This document shows positions 25,484 to 32,000 of a stretch of 32,000 bases of DNA, one piece after another. Made by a program: the position numbers and the translations under genes. The notes beneath the pieces were generated by a model. That model did no database searches. It was not told the origin of the DNA and saw only the letters and a list, made by a program, of their open reading frames with translations. This stretch comes from Acholeplasma laidlawii PG-8A. GTDB taxonomy: Bacteria; Bacillota_I; Bacilli_A; Acholeplasmatales; Acholeplasmataceae. How positions within the stretch are numbered: position 1 is the first letter of the stretch; each line of letters starts with the position of its first letter. Location of the stretch: assembly GCF_000018785.1 (NCBI RefSeq), contig NC_010163.1, positions 210,001 to 242,000 of the forward strand, given 5' to 3'.

Positions 25484-25570
25484 AAAAACCACCTCTTTTA
25501 CTGACATATTACCATATTTTATAAAAGTATATAAAAAAACTCCTTTGGATTAAAAAGGAGTTTATATATA

Positions 25571-26494
25571 TTATGTAGTAAATACGATACAGCTTGGTTC
25601 TGGAACATTTATAGTTTTTAAAAACTTAAGTGCACCTGTTTCTTGATTTCTTTCAAAGATAGCAACATTATTTGAATGCATATTACCTACTACTAAATGA
25701 GATTCATCTAATGAGATATTAAAATCTCTTGGATGTTTACCATTTGTATTATAAATTCGTTTTTGACGTAATGAACCGTCTTCTAAAACTTCAAAGTGTG
25801 TAATCGCATCAAAGCCTCTATTAGAAACATATAAGTGTTTACCGTTTTCTGTAATACGGATTGCAGCACCACTAATACCTTGAAAATTTTTATCTAAGGT
25901 TTTATATTTCTTAACAAAATCTAATTTTTCATTGAATACATAGATTTCACGTGAGTGTTCTGTTAAACAATAAACAAAGCCTTTATCAGATACAACCAAG
26001 TGTCTTGGTCCTACACCTTTATGAAGCGTTAAATCTTTTTTAGGTACTAACTTTAAGTCTTGACCGATTGTATAAGTAAAAATTGTATCTAAACCTAAAT
26101 CACATACAAATAATGTTTGGCTAGCACTATCATAGTATGCTTGGTGTGCATGAGAACCAGTCGGATAAATCATTGTTTGAATCTTTTTGGTCAATGTACC
26201 ATCAAATTTATAAGTAGAGATTTGGCCAGCATGATAGTTTGCTGTAAAAATCATTTCTAACGACGGTTCATAAAATAAATGACAAGGACTGCTATATTCA
26301 GAGTGATCTTCATAAATTAAAGTTTCACCTTGATAAATTTCAATACCACCGTGTGCTAATGTAAATAAATAACCATCTTGAACTGTAAAATAGGTAGGGT
26401 TGAATAATTTTTGATGTAAAGAAACTTTGCCCTCATCGACTAAATATATACCCTCTGAAGTGTTTCTTGTATAAGTTCCAACTAAAAATTTCAT
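25571..26494 (-). CDS. 6-phosphogluconolactonase / lactonase family beta-propeller
   Basis: FLVGTYTRNTSEGIY, PRHLVVSDKGFVYCLTE, HPRDFNISLDESHLVVGNMHSNNVAIFERNQETG; start refined to ATG 26494. Confidence 0.87.
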   Translation of the reverse strand: MKFLVGTYTRNTSEGIYLVDEGKVSLHQKLFNPTYFTVQDGYLFTLAHGGIEIYQGETLIYEDHSEYSSPCHLFYEPSLEMIFTANYHAGQISTYKFDGTLTKKIQTMIYPTGSHAHQAYYDSASQTLFVCDLGLDTIFTYTIGQDLKLVPKKDLTLHKGVGPRHLVVSDKGFVYCLTEHSREIYVFNEKLDFVKKYKTLDKNFQGISGAAIRITENGKHLYVSNRGFDAITHFEVLEDGSLRQKRIYNTNGKHPRDFNISLDESHLVVGNMHSNNVAIFERNQETGALKFLKTINVPEPSCIVFTT

Positions 26495-26518
26495 AATCAT
26501 CCTCAACTTTCAACAACT

Positions 26519-26527
26519 ATTATATCA
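26519..26527 (-). promoter_or_regulatory. extended -10 element (TGATATAAT) for the lactonase-family gene
   Basis: Minus strand reads ACATGATATAATAGTTG. Confidence 0.5.
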
Positions 26528-26629
26528 TGTATTTCATAGTGGATAAACACTATAAATTCGTAATATTTTTATAAATACTTTGAACTTAAAACTTTTGTGA
26601 TATCAAAACACTATACAAAAGATTTTTTA

Positions 26630-26638
26630 TGATATAAT
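26630..26638 (+). promoter_or_regulatory. extended -10 element (TGATATAAT) for acpP
   Basis: TTTTTTATGATATAATTAACTG, 39 nt upstream of ATG 26678. Confidence 0.6.
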
Positions 26639-26677
26639 TAACTGTACAAATTAGGAAAACTGTAGGAGGTTTTTAAT

Positions 26678-26908
26678 ATGGATATTTTTGATAAAGTCAA
26701 AGGACTTATCGTTGATGAACTTGCAGTAGATGCATCTTTAGTAAATCCTGATGCTAGATTAGTAGAAGATTTAGGTGCAGATTCAATCGATGCTGTAGAG
26801 TTAATCATGACTGTAGAAGACGCATTCTCAATTGAAATTTCAGACGAAGTTCTACAAAATATCAAAACTGTGAATGATTTGGTTTCATATATCAAAGACA
26901 ATCAATAG
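26678..26908 (+). CDS. acpP: acyl carrier protein
   Basis: LVEDLGADSIDAVELIMTVEDAFSIEISDE, the 4'-phosphopantetheine site (DSxD..E). Confidence 0.95.
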   Translation: MDIFDKVKGLIVDELAVDASLVNPDARLVEDLGADSIDAVELIMTVEDAFSIEISDEVLQNIKTVNDLVSYIKDNQ

Positions 26909-26916
26909 TAAAAATT

Positions 26917-26944
26917 ATCTCCTCTATAGAGGGGATTTTTTTTG
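26917..26944 (+). terminator. intrinsic terminator after acpP
   Basis: ATCTCCTC-TATA-GAGGGGAT-TTTTTTT. Confidence 0.85.
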
Positions 26945-27000
26945 CATTGAAAAAAGTCCTAGAATTGTATATAATAGAGTGAATGAGTGAGGTTAAAAAT

Positions 27001-29412
27001 ATGCATAAATATGAACACAGAAAAATAGAAGAAAAATGGCAAAAACATTGGTTAGACAATAAGTTGTTTAAAACCAAAAACGATAGATTTCATCAGAAAT
27101 ACTATGTTTTAGATATGTTTCCATACCCTTCGGCCTCAGGACTACATGTAGGGCACATTGAAGGATATACAGCAACAGATATCGTGTCACGTTTTAAACG
27201 TATGCAAGGATATAATGTATTACATCCAATGGGATGGGATGCATATGGGTTACCTTCTGAGCAATATGCGCTCGCAACCGGAAAAGATCCAAAATCTTTC
27301 ACATACCAAAATATTAGTAATTTCAAAAGACAAATTATTGAAATGGGTAAAGGTGTAGATTGGGATAAAGAGCTAGCTACAACAGACCCTGAGTATTTTA
27401 AATGGACTCAGTGGATTTTTAAACGCCTTTATGAGAAGGGTTTAGCGGTCTTAAAAGATGTTGAAGTCAACTGGTGTGAAGGTTTAGGTACAGTACTTGC
27501 TAATGATGAAATTGAAATCATTAATGGACAAATGGTATCCGAACGCGGACATTACCCAGTTATTAAAAAACCAATGCGTCAATGGGTATTAAGAATCACT
27601 GAGTATGCAGATCGACTACTTGATGATCTTGCTTTAGTGGATTGGCCTGAAAACCTAAAAGAAATGCAACGCAACTGGATTGGTAAATCCAGTGGTGCCG
27701 TGATTGAATTTGAAGTGGCATCCACAGATTATAAATTTGAAATATTTACTACAAGACCTGATACTATCTACGGTGTGACTTACTGTGTACTTTCCCCAGA
27801 ACACCCACTAGTAGAAAAAATTGTGACTCAAGATGAAGAAAAAGATGTATTAAGATACATTGAACAAACTAAAATGAAGTCAGATTTAGATCGTATTGCA
27901 GATAAATCTAAAACAGGTGTGTTTACTGGTGCTTTTGCAAAACACCCACTAACAAACCAATTAATTCCAATTTGGATTGGTGACTATGTACTACCTCAAT
28001 ATGGGATGGGCGCTGTTATGGCAGTACCAGCACATGATGATAGAGACTATGAGTTTGCTATGCAATATGGTTTAAACATTATTGAAGTTATTAAAGGTGG
28101 TAGCGAAGGTGCTTATACTGGAGACGGTATCCATCATCACTCAGGCATTATTGATGGTTTATATAATGAAGAAGCTATTGAAAAAATAACTAAACATTTA
28201 GAAGATCGCAAAAAAGGGTACAAACACTACACTTATAAGTTAAGAGACTGGGTATTTAGTCGTCAAAGATATTGGGGTGAACCATTCCCTGTAATTTATG
28301 ATGAAGATGGACAAATTCATTTAGTACCAGATGATGAATTACCACTAGAATTACCTTATCTTGAATTTATAAAACCAAGTGGAACAGGTGAATCACCACT
28401 AGCTAACGCACGTGATTGGTTATATGTAGATATCAACGGTAAAAAAGGTAGACGTGATACCAACACCATGCCACAACTAGCAGGTTCAAGCTGGTATTAT
28501 ATTGGCTACATCCTAAAATCTAATTTAGGTTATATCCCACTTGACTCTAAGGAAGCTAAAGCAGTACTTGATCAGTTCTTACCAGTCGATCTTTATGTTG
28601 GTGGAACAGAACATGCAGTAGGTCACTTACTTTATGCAAGATTCTGGCATAAATTCTTCTATGACCTAGGTTTTGTAAGTTCTAAAGAACCTTTCATGAA
28701 ACTTGTAAACCAAGGTATGATTTTAGGTGCTGACCACTCTAAGATGAGTAAATCAAAAGGAAATAGTGTCTCACCCGATGACTTTATTCAAAGTCATGGT
28801 GCAGATGCACTAAGACTATTTGAAATGTTTATGGGACCTTTAGAAGCTGAAAAACCTTGGAGTAATGAAGGACTAGAGGGTGCAAAACGTTTCTTAGACC
28901 GTGTTTGGCGAATGTTTGATTTTGAAATCACACAACAACCAGTAGATGCGCTTCAAACGGTTTATCACCAAACAGTCAAAAAAGTTACAGAAGATTATGA
29001 AAAGTTAGCATTTAATACTGCAATCTCACAAATGATGATCTTTGTTAATGAAGTTTATAAGACTAAAGTAATTGGTGCAGCTCAAGCAAGAGGATTCTTA
29101 AAATTATTAAATCCAATTGCACCACACTTAACAGAAGAAATTAATGAGACTGTGTTAAAACATCATGAAGATTTAGTTTATTCTGAATGGCCAACCTATG
29201 ATGAATCATTCTTAATTGAAACTGAAGTTGAAGTCGCTATCCAAGTAAACGGAAAACTACGTGGTAGACTTCAAGTGAAAAAAGATATGGTCGAAGAAGA
29301 TCTTAAAAAGTTAGCACTTGAACATGAAAATGTCATCAAGCATGTTGAAGGATTAACAATTGTTAAAGTTATTGTTATACCAAATAAGATTGTAAATATC
29401 GTCGTAAGATAA
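27001..29412 (+). CDS. leuS: leucyl-tRNA synthetase
   Basis: [78 protein letters not shown]. The ORF track starts at GTG 26983; [14 protein letters not shown] starts at 27001 after SD GAGG. Confidence 0.96.
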
Positions 29413-29424
29413 AATAAATAAAGT

Positions 29425-29474
29425 GTGCTTCTATTTAAAATCATATTAAGTGATATGAATAGAAGCACTTTTTT
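29425..29474 (+). terminator. intrinsic terminator after leuS
   Basis: GTGCTTCTATT...TCATAT-taagtg-ATATGA-ATAGAAGCAC-TTTTTT. Confidence 0.85.
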
Positions 29475-29545
29475 ATTATATGAAATATAAAAAAATAAAT
29501 TTTATAAAGTATAATAGATTTAAAACATAGAGTAAGGGGATTCGT

Positions 29546-30073
29546 ATGGCAAAATTTATATTAATTAGACACGCAGAACCAAGATATGATGAAGTAGACG
29601 AAAGAGGCTACTTTGGCATGGGACATGACTTAGGCAGATTAACTGTTAACGGTGAGCAACAAGCAGAATTTAGAGGTCAAGATGAGACGTTATTAGGTGC
29701 TGACATCATTATTTCATCACCTTACACGAGAGCACTTCAAACTGCTGCTACAATCTCAAGGATAACAAACATTAAGTTAGTCGTGGAAAATGACTTGCAC
29801 GAATGGATGCCAGATATGACGCACAAATTTCAAATTGATGATTTTAGAAAACTTTACCAGGAATATCGTGATTCAAAAGGTATAAGGAATGAAACTACCG
29901 TGTATCACTGGGAAACTTATGAACACTTAAAATCTAGGTTATTTAATGTTTTAGATAAGTACAAACATCTAGATAAAGTGATTGTAGTATGTCATGGACT
30001 TATCATGTCAGCCGCAAGTGATTTTGAACAATTATTTGATTTTGTAGAAAAATTGGAAATTGATTATAAATAA
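29546..30073 (+). CDS. histidine phosphatase (phosphoglycerate-mutase-like) family protein
   Basis: FILIRHAEPRYD (RHG-like), ADIIISSPYTRALQTAATIS, VIVVCHGLIMSA. Confidence 0.88.
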   Translation: MAKFILIRHAEPRYDEVDERGYFGMGHDLGRLTVNGEQQAEFRGQDETLLGADIIISSPYTRALQTAATISRITNIKLVVENDLHEWMPDMTHKFQIDDFRKLYQEYRDSKGIRNETTVYHWETYEHLKSRLFNVLDKYKHLDKVIVVCHGLIMSAASDFEQLFDFVEKLEIDYK

Positions 30074-30086
30074 TAAGATAAAAAAT

Positions 30087-30114
30087 AGAGACAATTTAAT
30101 CGTCTCTGTTTTTT
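30087..30114. terminator. bidirectional terminator between convergent genes
   Basis: AGAGAC-aatttaatc-GTCTCT-gTTTTTT, with a poly-A side upstream. Confidence 0.75.
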
Positions 30115-30127
30115 ATAATGTATGTAT

Positions 30128-30652
30128 TTAGTATGTATAAAAATAAATTAGCGGTGCATCTTTTTTTGTAATATGAGGAAGTCTTATGACTTCATACTTA
30201 ATATCTTGTTTATCTAAAAAAGATTGTAGAGCGACTTGTTCAATTATGCCTTCAGTATGGCCTGGGTAAGCAACAATCAAGACAAATCCTTGATTTTTTT
30301 CATGTAAGGATTTTAAAGTGTTTACAGTAGATATGTGGTGAGTAGTAATACTTTTATCACCTTTTGGTAGGTAACCCAGATTAAAGATGACACCATCATA
30401 ATTTGAGATGAGTTTTGTTATATGTTCATGTGATGTATGATGGTATGTAATATTGTCTAAATCTTTCGTGAGAGATCTAGTATTATCTAGTGCCTCTTGT
30501 TGAATATCAAATGCATGTACATGTTCTACTCTAGATGCCAAAAACAAAGTATCATGACCATTACCACAGGTAGCATCAACAATCGTCATATGTGGTTTAA
30601 TATGTTTTAATAAGATATTGTGTGCGAGATCAATTACGTTTGCTTTCTTCAT
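30128..30652 (-). CDS. mnmM: YtqB-like class I SAM methyltransferase (MnmM family)
   Basis: DATCGNGHDTLFLA, VHAFDIQQEAL, GVIFNLGYLPKGDKSITT, VAYPGHTEG; overlaps and follows ytqA as in Firmicutes. Confidence 0.85.
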   Translation of the reverse strand: MKKANVIDLAHNILLKHIKPHMTIVDATCGNGHDTLFLASRVEHVHAFDIQQEALDNTRSLTKDLDNITYHHTSHEHITKLISNYDGVIFNLGYLPKGDKSITTHHISTVNTLKSLHEKNQGFVLIVAYPGHTEGIIEQVALQSFLDKQDIKYEVIRLPHITKKDAPLIYFYTY

Positions 30653-31574
30653 AGTAAGCTCCTTGAAATAGCCCTAATTTTCTTAATCGCTTATCAATTT
30701 CATTAGAAACAACAAACTTCTTTTTTGTCCAAAGTGGCGCGATTAACATCTCTTCTGGTGCATCACCAGTGACACGGTGAACAATGATATCCGGTCTTAA
30801 CCAAAGAAGTTGGTCAGTTGTAATATCAACATACTCTTCAAGTGTTAATAACTCCCAAGGGTTTTGTATGTAATCATAACCCATCTTTGTTTTTTCCATT
30901 AAGTGAAGCATATGGATTTTAATGCCTTGAATAGGTAGCGTATTTAAGTGTTTAACAGTATCTAACATCATCTTTTTATCTTCTGTTGGAAGACCGTTAA
31001 TAATGTGTACAACCACTTCAATACCACGTTTATGTAACCTTAAAACCGCATCATCAAAGGTTTTTAGGTCGTGAGCACGATTGATCAAATCACTAGTAGA
31101 CTGGTGTATCGTTTGAAGTCCTAGTTCCACTTGAACAGGCATTCTAGTATTTAGTTCTTCTAAGTAATCTAAAACATCCTCAGGTAATGAATCAGGTCTA
31201 GTACCTAGTGATATCATCACGATTTTTGGATCAAGTGTAATTGCTTCTTCATAAATTTCTTTTAATCTAGGAAGTGGTGCATGGGTGTTTGTGTTTGCTT
31301 GGAAGTAGGCAATGTATAAGCCGTCTTTCCATTTTTTATGCATTTGTTGTTTGATGTTTTCAAACTGCACTTTTAAAGAATCTCTTTTATCTCCGGCAAA
31401 GTCACCTGAACCCATCCAAGAACAAAAGGTGCATCCACCGGATGCAACTGTTCCATCAATGTTTGGGCAAGTAAAGCCTGCGTTTAAAGCAACTTTAAAC
31501 ACTTTTTGATTATAAGTTTTTCTGTAATAATTATTTAATGTGTTGTAATGTTTTTCTTTTGTTAGTAAGTTCAT
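30630..31574 (-). CDS. YtqA-like radical SAM protein (TIGR01212 type)
   Basis: FKVALNAGFTCPNIDGTVASGGCTFCSWMGSGDFAG, YFQANTNTHAPL, GTRPDSLPEDVL, VELGLQTIH, HIINGLPTE. Confidence 0.88.
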   Translation of the reverse strand: MNLLTKEKHYNTLNNYYRKTYNQKVFKVALNAGFTCPNIDGTVASGGCTFCSWMGSGDFAGDKRDSLKVQFENIKQQMHKKWKDGLYIAYFQANTNTHAPLPRLKEIYEEAITLDPKIVMISLGTRPDSLPEDVLDYLEELNTRMPVQVELGLQTIHQSTSDLINRAHDLKTFDDAVLRLHKRGIEVVVHIINGLPTEDKKMMLDTVKHLNTLPIQGIKIHMLHLMEKTKMGYDYIQNPWELLTLEEYVDITTDQLLWLRPDIIVHRVTGDAPEEMLIAPLWTKKKFVVSNEIDKRLRKLGLFQGAYYEESKRN

Positions 31575-31613
31575 AGTTTCACCAATATTAATTTTATCAT
31601 AACTGTCCTATTA

Positions 31614-31622
31614 TGTTATAAT
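31614..31622 (+). promoter_or_regulatory. extended -10 element (TGTTATAAT)
   Basis: CTATTATGTTATAATAATTTAAGAAGG, upstream of ATG 31647. Confidence 0.6.
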
Positions 31623-31646
31623 AATTTAAGAAGGAAGTATAACAAT

Positions 31647-32000
31647 ATGTACCAAAGATTTAAAAGAGCTCTGTTAATACCAAGTGAATTATACTTATAC
31701 CTAAAAGACTCATGGCTAAATGTTTGGGTTTACTTTTTTTTAATGCTCATGCTTACTGCACTACCTTTTATGATGATAAGCTGGGCAAACAATGGATTTA
31801 GTGATCGTAATAAAATAGAAATTAAAGATCAATTTGTTGAAAAACTAAGTGGAACTCACATCATAGTAGATGGTGAACTGATCGTTGAACAAGCATTTTT
31901 AAATCAAGATAAATACATGAATATAGATATCTATACGATTGGTATTGTCAATACACCAACAAGTCCAGAATACCAAGGTATTCGCATCATTTTAGTCAAA
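31647..32000 (+). CDS. DUF1189-like membrane protein, N-terminal part (runs off window)
   Basis: MYQRFKRALLIPSELYLYLKDSWLNVWVYFFLMLMLTALPFMMISWANNG..., open to nt 32000; SD AAGGAAG. Confidence 0.6.
   Translation, partial: MYQRFKRALLIPSELYLYLKDSWLNVWVYFFLMLMLTALPFMMISWANNGFSDRNKIEIKDQFVEKLSGTHIIVDGELIVEQAFLNQDKYMNIDIYTIGIVNTPTSPEYQGIRIILVK

Noticed and set aside
26909-27000. T-box leader upstream of leuS
   Set aside because: Only about 90 nt, occupied by the acpP terminator and a simple promoter (TTGAAA...TATAAT); no T-box core sequence or room for specifier structures.
30630-30652. Possible frameshift between ytqA and the methyltransferase
   Set aside because: Both ORFs are full length with proper starts and stops; a short coding overlap is normal for this gene pair.
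1-32000. Mobile elements, toxin-antitoxin, phage or restriction-modification defence loci
   Set aside because: No transposase, integrase, nuclease or defence-type domains were recognised in any ORF; novelty here lies in small ORFs and regulatory RNA/DNA elements.

Overview
AT-rich Acholeplasma-like chromosomal window. UGA is used as a normal stop and UGG as Trp, so the genetic code is standard (code 11) rather than Mycoplasma code 4. Most of the window is housekeeping. It holds a translationally coupled shikimate cluster (aroB 3' end, aroA, chorismate mutase, aroE, aroC, ArAE-like exporter) and divergent mevalonate genes mvaA/mvaS. These are followed by recG-plsX-rnc-dnaD-nth. Next come an Rgg/PlcR-like HTH+helical regulator, a heterodimeric ABC exporter pair and a surface protein with repeated Ig-like modules. 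The rest is flavodoxin, dnaE, an M29 aminopeptidase, an FMN reductase-like protein, a DUF1801-like protein, a 6-phosphogluconolactonase-like protein, acpP, leuS, a histidine phosphatase, mnmM(ytqB)/ytqA and a 5' partial DUF1189-like protein. The most interesting segment is 12.4-17.7 kb. There the regulator is followed by an unannotated 15-aa ORF with a strong SD, then a 31-aa leader ORF overlapping stem-loops and an intrinsic terminator just before the ABC exporter genes. Downstream, a 47-nt hairpin looks like the operon terminator and also buries the SD and start codon of the surface-protein gene. A second unannotated small ORF (21 aa, A/P/K/Q only) lies on the minus strand at 7056-7121 with its own SD and a terminator. 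No tRNA, rRNA, CRISPR or transposon was recognised. All product names come from recall of family motifs; no searches were run.
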